Part shown: positions 47,479 to 55,966 of the stretch, one piece after another
Layout of the letters: every line of letters begins with the position of its first letter
How positions within the stretch are numbered: position 1 is the first letter of the stretch
Assembly: GCA_964449115.1 (NCBI GenBank)
Contig: CAYUXW010000006.1
Coordinates: 1,927 to 65,926, forward strand
Direction of reading: 5' to 3'
Origin: an uncultured Erysipelotrichaceae bacterium
GTDB lineage: Bacteria; Bacillota_I; Bacilli_A; Erysipelotrichales; Erysipelotrichaceae
DNA: 64,000 nucleotides
Translations under genes and position numbers: made by a program
Notes under the pieces: generated by a model
The model's database searches: none
The model's input: the letters and a program-made list of their open reading frames with translations, nothing else
What the model was told of the DNA's origin: nothing

Positions 47479-50082
47479 TTATTTGTCGTAAACTTTCTTT
47501 AACATCAGCTTCATGTCTTCTACCATTGGTACTCTTGGATTAGCTGGTGAACATTGATCTTCATAAGCTGCCACAGCAATAGAAGCAATCTTTTCATTCC
47601 AACTTGTTTCATCTATATTTAATTGTTTAAAGTTAGTCTCTAAACCAATTTCGACAATCAATTTTTCTACCGCCTTGGCAAACTCTTCTACTCCCTGCTC
47701 TGGTGTATCAGCTTTGAGCCCTAATAATCTAGCGATATCCTGATATTTTTTATCTGCCTTATATACATTGTATTTAGGCCAGACACTCAGTTTTGTAGGC
47801 TGTTGTCCATTGTATCTGATTGTTTCTGGCAGTAATATCGCACAGGTGTGTCCGTGTACAGTATGGAATTCAGCACCAATTTTATGTGCTAATGAATGGG
47901 TCATTCCCAAGAAAGCATTGGCAAAGGCCATTCCTGAAATAGTAGCTGCATTATGCATTTTTTCTCTAGCTTCTAAATCGTTTTTGCCATTTTTAACTGC
48001 TTTTGGCAAATACTCAAATACCAATTTAATGGCCTGCAAACTTAAACCATCGGTATAATCATTGGCCATAACTGAAACATAGGCTTCTACCGCATGCGTC
48101 AAGACATCCATTCCAGTAATCGCTGTTGATCTTGCAGGTAGATTGGTTGTAAATTCTGGATCTACAATAGCGACTGTTGGCGTTAACGAATAATCCGTTA
48201 ATGGATATTTTTTGTTGTTGGCTTTATCGGAAATAACCGCAAATGGCGTTACTTCACTACCAGTACCTGAAGTTGTAGGAATACAGATCAGTTTAGTCAT
48301 TTTCCCTAATTCAGGATATTTGAAAGCTCTTTTTCTAATATCCATGAACTTTTGTTTTAAATCATCAAAATCAACTTCTGGATGTTCATAGAATACCCAC
48401 ATTCCTTTAGCAGCATCCATAACACTGCCTCCACCTAAGGCGATAATCGTATCGGGTTTGAAAGCTTTCATCAATTCAACACCTTTTCTTACAGTAACGA
48501 TATCTGGATCTGGTTCAACATCACAGAACAACTGGATTGCTACTTCATTTTTTCTCAAATGCAATTGCTCAGTAATCTTGTTAACAAAACCAAAATCAAC
48601 CATACTTCTATCAGTTACAATAAACACCTTTTTGACATCGCGACAAGATTGTAAATATTGAATACTGTTTCTTTCAAAATATATCTTACTAGGAACTTTA
48701 AACCACTGCATTGTATTTCTTCTCTTTCCAACTTTTTTAATGTTTAATAAATTAATTGCACTTACATTTCCACCAATTGAGTTTCTACCATAAGAACCAC
48801 AACCTAAGGTCATTGATGGTAAAAATGAATTGTAGACATTACCAATTCCACCAAAAGTGGCTGGACTATTCCAGATAATACGCATAGCTTTGACAACTTT
48901 ACCAAATTCATCAGCCATTTCTTTTTCCTTACAGTGAATTGCTGCTGAGTGTCCTAATCCATTGAACTCAACCATCTGTTGGGCTTTTTTAAATCCTTCT
49001 TCAGCACCTTTGACTTTATAGAAAGCCAGTATTGGCGAAAGTTTTTCTCTGCTTAATGGCTCACTTACTCCAACTTCATTACACTCAACACAGATTATTG
49101 AAGTATCTTCACTTACTTCAAATCCCGCCTGGCTGGCAATCCAGGTTACAGGCTTACCTACTGCTTTTGAATTTAAAACGGCATTGGGATAATCAGCTTT
49201 TCCTTCAACATTGAACAGATACTTTTCCAACATTTTCTTTTCTTTCTTGTTGGCAAAATAAGCCTTATACTTTTTAAAGTAACTTGCAGCTTCATCGTAG
49301 ATTTCTTCATCAACAATACAGGCTTGTTCACTGGCACAGACCATTCCATTGTCAAAAGCTTTTGATAAGACAGTATCATTAACTGCCTGTTCAACATCAG
49401 CACTGGCGTTGATATAAGCCGGAACATTTCCTGCCCCTACACCCATTGCTGGTTTACCACAACTATAGGCTGCTTTGACCATCGAGTTTCCACCAGTAGC
49501 CAGAATTGTAGCTACTCCTTCATGATTCATCAAGGCATTTGTCGCATCCATGCTTGGATTTTCAATCCATTGGATACAGTTTTCAGGTGCGCCTGCTGCG
49601 ACAGCTGCCTTATACATGATTTCAGCGGCTTGTTTTGAACACTGCTGAGCTGATGGATGAAAAGCAAAAATAATCGGATTTCTTGTTTTCAAACAAATCA
49701 ATGCCTTAAATACAACTGTACTTGTTGGATTTGTAACTGGAGTAATACCACAAATAACTCCTACTGGAGAAGCTATTTCCGTAATACCTGTTACTGGATC
49801 ATCACTGATAATATCAACTGTTTTTAAATGCCTCATGTTGTTAACAACATACTCACAGGCAAACAGGTTTTTTGTGGCTTTATCCTCAAAAACACCTCTT
49901 TTTGTTTCTTCAATAGCACTGGCTGCTAAAATACCATGATTATCCAAACCAGCCACAGAACACTTGGCTACAATATAATCAATCTGTTTCTGATTTAAAT
50001 GATTAAACTCTTCCAAGGCCTTTAAACCTTTTTCTACTAATATGTTTACTTCTTTTAAAGCTGCTTCATTCATACTATACAC
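47479..50082 (-). CDS. adhE: Bifunctional acetaldehyde-CoA/alcohol dehydrogenase
   Basis: 867 aa: N-terminal ALDH domain plus C-terminal Fe-ADH domain (GGGSVMDAAK, H..H metal ligands). Confidence 0.95.
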   Translation of the reverse strand: MYSMNEAALKEVNILVEKGLKALEEFNHLNQKQIDYIVAKCSVAGLDNHGILAASAIEETKRGVFEDKATKNLFACEYVVNNMRHLKTVDIISDDPVTGITEIASPVGVICGITPVTNPTSTVVFKALICLKTRNPIIFAFHPSAQQCSKQAAEIMYKAAVAAGAPENCIQWIENPSMDATNALMNHEGVATILATGGNSMVKAAYSCGKPAMGVGAGNVPAYINASADVEQAVNDTVLSKAFDNGMVCASEQACIVDEEIYDEAASYFKKYKAYFANKKEKKMLEKYLFNVEGKADYPNAVLNSKAVGKPVTWIASQAGFEVSEDTSIICVECNEVGVSEPLSREKLSPILAFYKVKGAEEGFKKAQQMVEFNGLGHSAAIHCKEKEMADEFGKVVKAMRIIWNSPATFGGIGNVYNSFLPSMTLGCGSYGRNSIGGNVSAINLLNIKKVGKRRNTMQWFKVPSKIYFERNSIQYLQSCRDVKKVFIVTDRSMVDFGFVNKITEQLHLRKNEVAIQLFCDVEPDPDIVTVRKGVELMKAFKPDTIIALGGGSVMDAAKGMWVFYEHPEVDFDDLKQKFMDIRKRAFKYPELGKMTKLICIPTTSGTGSEVTPFAVISDKANNKKYPLTDYSLTPTVAIVDPEFTTNLPARSTAITGMDVLTHAVEAYVSVMANDYTDGLSLQAIKLVFEYLPKAVKNGKNDLEAREKMHNAATISGMAFANAFLGMTHSLAHKIGAEFHTVHGHTCAILLPETIRYNGQQPTKLSVWPKYNVYKADKKYQDIARLLGLKADTPEQGVEEFAKAVEKLIVEIGLETNFKQLNIDETSWNEKIASIAVAAYEDQCSPANPRVPMVEDMKLMLKKVYDK

Positions 50083-50120
50083 CTCTTTTTACAAGAATAA
50101 TTTATACTTCTGTTCGCCAT

Positions 50121-50138
50121 TTGTCAACATTTTCACAA
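50121..50138. promoter_or_regulatory. Candidate Rex operator upstream of adhE
   Basis: TTGTCAACATTTTCACAA versus Rex consensus TTGTGAAnnnnTTCACAA, one mismatch. Lies 39-56 nt upstream of the adhE start. A second TTCACAA half-site is at 50174-50180. Confidence 0.45.
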
Positions 50139-50205
50139 TTTGAAAACGCTTGCGTGTTATTAAAGTAGTCATTTTCACAAACTTGGAGAATTTTCTCAAA
50201 TATAT

Positions 50206-50261
50206 TTGTTGATTTATCAACAAGTGTGTGATATATTTATCCTGTTGATTTATCAACAAGT
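50206..50261. promoter_or_regulatory. Two copies of a palindromic operator (TTGTTGAT-TT-ATCAACAA) overlapping a predicted marR promoter
   Basis: 19-nt exact direct repeat tgttgatttatcaacaagt at 50207-50225 and 50243-50261. Each copy contains an 8-bp (7-bp in copy 2) inverted repeat. Predicted promoter: -35 TTGATT (50209-14), 17-bp spacer, extended -10 TGaTATATT (50229-37). Confidence 0.45.
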
Positions 50262-50278
50262 TAAGAAAGGAGGACTTA

Positions 50279-50719
50279 ATGAACGACCGTTTTGGAACTT
50301 TTAACTTGCTAACTAACCGTATTAGTCGCAATATTTATAGAATAAAAAACAAAGAAATTGCTGCTTTCAATTTGAAAAGCACACATGTTTCCTGCTTATA
50401 TCATCTATATAAGACTGATGGCTTGACCGCAACCGAATTATGCCATAAATGTGAAGAAGACAAAGCAGCTGTCTCCCGCTCTCTCGATTTTCTAGAAAAA
50501 AACGAATACGTAGTGTGCATGAGTGCCCAATCCAAACGTTACAAGAGTCCTTTCTTCTTAACTGACAAGGGTCGACAGGTAGGAAAAGAAATTATCGATA
50601 AAATTGATATGATTCTAGATGCTGTCGATGCCGGAACCACTGAAGAAGAAAGAAAGTTATTCTATCGCTATCTTTCAATTATCAGTGAAAGGTTAGAAAA
50701 CATAGCCAATAATTTATAA
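50279..50719 (+). CDS. MarR family transcriptional regulator
   Basis: 146 aa winged HTH (LTATELCHKCEEDKAAVSRSLDFLEKNEYV). RBS is AAAGGAGG. Confidence 0.85.
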   Translation: MNDRFGTFNLLTNRISRNIYRIKNKEIAAFNLKSTHVSCLYHLYKTDGLTATELCHKCEEDKAAVSRSLDFLEKNEYVVCMSAQSKRYKSPFFLTDKGRQVGKEIIDKIDMILDAVDAGTTEEERKLFYRYLSIISERLENIANNL

Positions 50720-50755
50720 AGATTAAAAATAGAATTACAAACAAGGAGAATTAAA

Positions 50756-51595
50756 ATGAAAATTAGATTAATCGTAGATTCAACGACAGAAATGATGCCA
50801 GAATTTCAGGACAGGGTACATGTTGTTCCACTGACTGTACACTTTGGCGAAGAATCATATGTTGATGGAGTAGATATCGACCATAACGCTTTCTATAAAA
50901 AGCTTATCGAGTCTGATGTTCTTCCAACTACCAGTCAACCAAACCCTGAAGCTTTCGCTAAAGAATATGAAGAAGCTAAAAAGTTAAATCAAGCATGCAT
51001 TGTACTGGCTTTACCTAAAAATTTGTCAGGAACATACCAAAGTGCTACCATTGCTGCTCAAGACTATGAAAATGTTTACATAATTGATACTGGAACTGTT
51101 GCTATTGGAGCTGCTATCCTGACTGAACTTGCAATAAAATATATTGATCAGGGACTTGATGTTAAAACCATTGTCGAAAAAATTGAAGAAGAAAAGAAAA
51201 AAGTTCTTATTGTCGCATTAGTTGACACACTGGAATATTTACATAAAGGTGGTCGTCTATCAAAATCAGTTACTGTTGCTGGAGCAGTTTTGAATATTAA
51301 ACCTGTTCTTTCAGTAGAAAACGGAAATATTAATGCTATCGGAAAGGCAATGGGCTCTAAACGTGGTAATAACCTGCTTTCTCAAGAAATCGCAAAAGCT
51401 GGTGATGTCGATTTCACCAAACCAGTGTTATTAGGATATACTGGTATATCTAATGCGCTTTTGCTAAAATATATTGAAGATAGCAGACCGCTATGGGAAA
51501 AAGACCTCAAAGAAGTCCGTTATTCAACTATCGGTTCAGTTATCGGAACCCACGCTGGACCTGGTGCCGTAGCTGTTGCTTTCTTTAAAAAATAA
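50756..51595 (+). CDS. DegV family fatty-acid-binding protein
   Basis: 279 aa. IRLIVDSTTEM...TSQPNP...LSGTYQSA is the DegV signature. Confidence 0.9.
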   Translation: MKIRLIVDSTTEMMPEFQDRVHVVPLTVHFGEESYVDGVDIDHNAFYKKLIESDVLPTTSQPNPEAFAKEYEEAKKLNQACIVLALPKNLSGTYQSATIAAQDYENVYIIDTGTVAIGAAILTELAIKYIDQGLDVKTIVEKIEEEKKKVLIVALVDTLEYLHKGGRLSKSVTVAGAVLNIKPVLSVENGNINAIGKAMGSKRGNNLLSQEIAKAGDVDFTKPVLLGYTGISNALLLKYIEDSRPLWEKDLKEVRYSTIGSVIGTHAGPGAVAVAFFKK

Positions 51596-51616
51596 AAAAT
51601 ATAAGGAGGCAAAAGA

Positions 51617-51955
51617 ATGAAAAAAGTATTGATTTACACTATGGAAGGCAAGAAAATGTGCTTCTTGCATGCACTTATGAATGCCAGACAATTAAAAGAT
51701 GCTGGTCATGAAGTAAAAATGGTTCTTGAAGGAATGTCTTGTGTACTTCCTAAAGAATTAGAAGAAGAAAAAAACGCTTTATATCTGGCGCTTAAAAATG
51801 ATGGCACTATTCAAGGAGTATGTTTAGCTTGTTCTAAAGCTCTTGGAGTATATGAAGACAATGTAAAGACAGGTCTTCGCCTTCTAGATGATATGTATAA
51901 TCATGCTGGAGTTTTGGATTATGTAAATAATGGTTTTGAAGTTCTAATCTTTTAA
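51617..51955 (+). CDS. Small DsrE/DsrF-like fold protein (tentative)
   Basis: 112 aa with an alternating beta-alpha pattern and a CLAC motif. The assignment is tentative. Confidence 0.35.
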   Translation: MKKVLIYTMEGKKMCFLHALMNARQLKDAGHEVKMVLEGMSCVLPKELEEEKNALYLALKNDGTIQGVCLACSKALGVYEDNVKTGLRLLDDMYNHAGVLDYVNNGFEVLIF

Positions 51956-52071
51956 TTAAACATTCAAAAAGCATTATTCATAATATTTAATTTAAAATGT
52001 TTCCCAATAACATGTAAAAAACGCAGTAGATAATAACTGCGTTTTTACTTTCTTTTTTTTACAAAAAAACA

Positions 52072-52677
52072 TTAATATTCTACTCTCATTCCAGAAATAC
52101 ACTTGCTGAAAATCCATTGTTTGAACTTTTTATAATCTTTACTCTGATGAAACTCTTTAAGCAATTCTCTAAATTTGGTTTTGTTATATTCGCTGACAGT
52201 AATCACACCACAGCCATGATCAATCATAATCTTATTGGCAAACATGATTGAAATTCTAACATCTCCATCTGAAAACAGATGTTTTTCCAATAAGAACAGC
52301 ATAGCATCTATAGCAATTTCAGTATTTGATTTAGTGGGTTGATTAGTCATAGCGGCCAGCTGTTGTTTTTGTTCTTCTGTCAACTCCGCTTTTACACCAA
52401 CATTTAAATCTTTCATCAGCATATCATGTAATTTAAGTAAAAAGTCAGCATCCGCTTTTTCATCTGGGTTGTTTAAAATATGATAGAAAGTATTTTTAAA
52501 ATTGTCAGCTGCAATAGCGACTTCACTATCCCTTTTATTATTTTCTAAAAGTGGTTCTACTTCATCATACTCAATTTCATACCTTGATAAAACAAGGGCA
52601 TTATAAACATAATCAATAATTTTCTCATTGACTAATTTAACATTTTGGATTCTAGTAAGTCTGAACTTGTTTCTCAT
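52072..52677 (-). CDS. Fic/Fido-like protein with degenerate active-site motif
   Basis: 201 aa from the ATG at 52677. HLFSDGDVRISI versus the Fic motif HxFx(D/E)GNGRxxR keeps H, F, D, G and R but lacks N, G and the final R. Confidence 0.4.
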   Translation of the reverse strand: MRNKFRLTRIQNVKLVNEKIIDYVYNALVLSRYEIEYDEVEPLLENNKRDSEVAIAADNFKNTFYHILNNPDEKADADFLLKLHDMLMKDLNVGVKAELTEEQKQQLAAMTNQPTKSNTEIAIDAMLFLLEKHLFSDGDVRISIMFANKIMIDHGCGVITVSEYNKTKFRELLKEFHQSKDYKKFKQWIFSKCISGMRVEY

Positions 52678-52795
52678 AACCAACAACTTTCCTTTCTATA
52701 CCCAGATTATACATTAAATTAAATTTTAATATACCCTTACTTTAAATATTGTTTTATTTTAGAATTAAGCATCTGCTGTTTATACGTTTTTTTAG

Positions 52796-53407
52796 CTATT
52801 CATTTGGATATTTTTCCAGGTCCACCATAAACAGACCGCCATCATTCAGAATATACAGTGCCATCTGAGCAAACATGTTATCAGATCGACCCTGATATAT
52901 TAACACGAAATAGCCATCTTCCTGGTATTCAATTCTCATATCTGACTCTACATTACCATAAGCTTTGATAATTTCTGCTTCAGTGCTGCCCCATTTGATT
53001 CCTTTTGACAACTCGATTTCATATACGTTTTCTAAAAGCACTCCTAGATAAGGCATTCTTGTAAACGAAATCCACCAGATAGTACAGTCTTTAATATTCC
53101 TTTCTTTATCAGTTTCGTTTTCAAAATCCAATGTAATTGTGGCATACAGCTGCTGTTTTTCATCATAAAAACCATTGTTCCACATTTCGTAGTAATGCAT
53201 TGTGTACTCCCCAGGTTGTAAGATGTCATTTTCTTCTAACAGCCAACCATTTTTGTTAAATGGCGCAAAAGTATGTGGAAAAGTATATTTTTTCCCATCT
53301 ACTATAAATTCCATGTCTGTCCAATCATCGCTAATTGTTTCCTTATCGCATCCTACTAAAGATGTCATTAACAATAAGGCCAATAAAACCACTAATACTT
53401 TTTTCAT
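52796..53407 (-). CDS. Lipoprotein of unknown function
   Basis: 203 aa with signal peptide and lipobox LVGC. Confidence 0.65.
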   Translation of the reverse strand: MKKVLVVLLALLLMTSLVGCDKETISDDWTDMEFIVDGKKYTFPHTFAPFNKNGWLLEENDILQPGEYTMHYYEMWNNGFYDEKQQLYATITLDFENETDKERNIKDCTIWWISFTRMPYLGVLLENVYEIELSKGIKWGSTEAEIIKAYGNVESDMRIEYQEDGYFVLIYQGRSDNMFAQMALYILNDGGLFMVDLEKYPNE

Positions 53408-53463
53408 AATTATATTTTCCTTTCCATATAAAAATTATACACTAAAGTGCAAATAAATATAAC

Positions 53464-55965
53464 CTACATTAAATATTGTTTGGCTTTTTCGTTTAAATGT
53501 TTTAGTTCCAGCATAAACTCTCTACTGCTTCTTCTAATTGCTCCATCACCAAGCACCATATTTTGTACCGCAAAATCCGAACTGACCACAATAATGTCGT
53601 ATTTGTTTCTATTTTCATGAACCATTTTTTCGATATAAGAATCAGCTGTCTGATTAGCTTTGGTATAAACTATATCTACCGTATCACTTTTTATTTTTCT
53701 AGATGTAACTTCATCTGTTTTATAGGCATCAAAGACCACAATGGTTTTAAAGTTTTTATAACCATTATAACTGGCTACATCATTTATGACTCTATCTCTT
53801 GCTGCATCAAAATTCAAAACAGCATAGTTATCACGGTATGAGTACATCAGATTATAACCATCCACTATCAATAGATATGGTTTTTTTATTTTAGGGACAA
53901 TTTTTGTTTTAGAAAAAGATTCACTATCATCAACCTTTTTTCTACTAATCATTTTCTTTTCTTTTTTATTTCTGCCACTTGCTGCCTCAACTACTCTCTT
54001 TAATTCTTCTTCAGTTATAGTGCTTCTGGTAGTTGCACTATAAGTTTTATCAAAATCAGTATCCTTTTGAGGTTTAATATGCAAATACTGTTCTACATAA
54101 TCATAAGGCACATAGAAACCCGCGCCATGAGAAATAAATATTGAACCGGTTGGATTATCAATATCTGTTTCGCTGTCATATCCTATCTGCTTGACTATTT
54201 CATCCTGATCAAGACAGATGTCATAACCTTTTAAAGAAAGAATCACTTTTCCTGTCGCTGATGTCAGCGAAAGCAGTCTGTCCTGGTAATTTTGCATCTT
54301 TCTAATTGGGCCACTTCCGGCAATCAGCATCAAATCCTGATCTACCTGTTCAACTGTAAAAGAAGCGCCAACAGTTTCTAAATCATATAGTACCTTACTT
54401 AAATATTCACTTCTTACATTAATTCTAAAATCATAAAATGGTTCTAACAAAATGCTTTCAGCCATTTTTAACCCTTGTCTGACTGCTCGATATGTTGCTT
54501 CTCTAAAATCTCCGCCTTCAGTATGCTTGATGTGACCTCTACCATTAATCAAAGTGATTTTAATATCCGTAACAGCACTTCCTGTCAAAACACCTGGATG
54601 TTGTTTTTCCTTTAAGTGATTAAGAATCAGATTCTGCCAATTGGAAGATAAGACATCCGTCGAAACTTCACTTTCAAACTTTAAGCCTTCATCTCTATTT
54701 AAAGGTTCAAGCCTCAAATGTACTTCTGCATAATGCTTTAAAGGTTCAAAATGTCCATATCCATTGACCGGCTGGGCAATAGTTTCCTTAAATAAGACTG
54801 AACCCTTTTCTAGTTTAATCTTGATTCCTGTTCTTTCAAAAATTGTGCTTTCAACCACTTCTGTCTGAATTTTTCCCATTAAAGATAATCTTAATTCCTT
54901 TAATTGCTGATGATAGCTTATTTTTATTGCTGGATCTTCCTGCGACAGCATTTCTAGCTGTTTCAGCAGATAATTGCTATCAGTATCTTCTGGATAAGAA
55001 ACCTTATAAGTCATATAGGCATTTAAAGCTGGTTTTTTACTCTCTCCTATACCGATAACATCATAAGCCATCACGGTGTTCAATCCCTTTAATCCAACTA
55101 TCATTCCTGGTTTGGCACTTTGTACCAGTTCATATTTCTGTCCATTATAGACTCTTATCTGGTCAACTTTATCTTCCTGATTGATTTTATCCTTAACATT
55201 CAACTGGCCCCCAGTAACTTTGCAATAACAGATTCTTGTGCCATCATTTTCGTAATTAACTTTGAAAAACCTTAATCCCAGCTCTTGGGGATAAATCTTT
55301 TTATCAGTATACTTGTTTAAACCTTCCAACAGTTTGTCAACACCCTCATCCTTTAAAGCTGAACCAAAATATACTGGAAAAATAACTCTTTCAGAAATTT
55401 TTCTGGCAATAGTTTCTTGGGAAATTTTTCCGCTTTCCTCATATTCCAGTAAAGTCTTTTCACTGGCCAAAGCAATATGTTCTATTAAATCTTCATCAGA
55501 AAAATCAAAACAGTTATCATCCAATTCCTTTTGAATTTCCTTTAACAGCTGTTCTTTGCTATTTAAAGAAATATCCATCTTATTGACAAAGATAAAAGTT
55601 GGAATATTGTAATATTTCAACAGATTAAAAATCGTCAAACTATGCGATTGTACACCATCCAGCCCACTAATAACTAAAATAGCTACATCAACAACCTGCA
55701 GGCTTCTTTCCATTTCACTGGAGAAATCATTATGCCCTGGAGTATCAACCAGATAAAAATGGGTATCCTTATATTTAAAATTAGCCATTTTACTATAAAT
55801 GGTGATTCCTCTTGCTTTTTCCATTTTGTCAAAATCCAAAAAGGCATCCTGATGATCAACTCTTCCCATCTTACGAATAATCCCACCATGAAAAAGAAGA
55901 CACTCATTAAGTGTCGTCTTTCCTGCATCAACATGGGCTAAAATGGCTAAGCTGATATTTTTCAT
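53464..55965 (-). CDS. TetM/TetO-like ribosomal-protection-family translational GTPase fused to a C-terminal Rae1/YacP-type NYN ribonuclease domain
   Basis: 833 aa. G1 AHVDAGKTT, G2 RGITI, G3 DTPGH, G4 NKMD, with TetM-like collinear similarity over about 640 aa. A K/S-rich linker follows. The last 138 aa (53467-53880) are LLIVDGYN...IVVFDAY...VYTKANQTADSYIEK...VVSSD...GAIRRSSREF, matching B. subtilis YacP/Rae1 (LLVDGYN...VVFDA...FTKENETADERIEK...VATSD...GALRKSAREL) as I recall it. Confidence 0.85.
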   Translation of the reverse strand: MKNISLAILAHVDAGKTTLNECLLFHGGIIRKMGRVDHQDAFLDFDKMEKARGITIYSKMANFKYKDTHFYLVDTPGHNDFSSEMERSLQVVDVAILVISGLDGVQSHSLTIFNLLKYYNIPTFIFVNKMDISLNSKEQLLKEIQKELDDNCFDFSDEDLIEHIALASEKTLLEYEESGKISQETIARKISERVIFPVYFGSALKDEGVDKLLEGLNKYTDKKIYPQELGLRFFKVNYENDGTRICYCKVTGGQLNVKDKINQEDKVDQIRVYNGQKYELVQSAKPGMIVGLKGLNTVMAYDVIGIGESKKPALNAYMTYKVSYPEDTDSNYLLKQLEMLSQEDPAIKISYHQQLKELRLSLMGKIQTEVVESTIFERTGIKIKLEKGSVLFKETIAQPVNGYGHFEPLKHYAEVHLRLEPLNRDEGLKFESEVSTDVLSSNWQNLILNHLKEKQHPGVLTGSAVTDIKITLINGRGHIKHTEGGDFREATYRAVRQGLKMAESILLEPFYDFRINVRSEYLSKVLYDLETVGASFTVEQVDQDLMLIAGSGPIRKMQNYQDRLLSLTSATGKVILSLKGYDICLDQDEIVKQIGYDSETDIDNPTGSIFISHGAGFYVPYDYVEQYLHIKPQKDTDFDKTYSATTRSTITEEELKRVVEAASGRNKKEKKMISRKKVDDSESFSKTKIVPKIKKPYLLIVDGYNLMYSYRDNYAVLNFDAARDRVINDVASYNGYKNFKTIVVFDAYKTDEVTSRKIKSDTVDIVYTKANQTADSYIEKMVHENRNKYDIIVVSSDFAVQNMVLGDGAIRRSSREFMLELKHLNEKAKQYLM

Positions 55966-55966
55966 C

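Noticed and set aside
50089-50331. 80-aa minus-strand ORF and other small ORFs in the adhE-marR intergenic region (also 31539-31736 and 47238-47420)
   Set aside because: These are AT-rich intergenic or promoter regions. The translations are low complexity, lack an RBS, and overlap predicted operators or a better-supported gene start.
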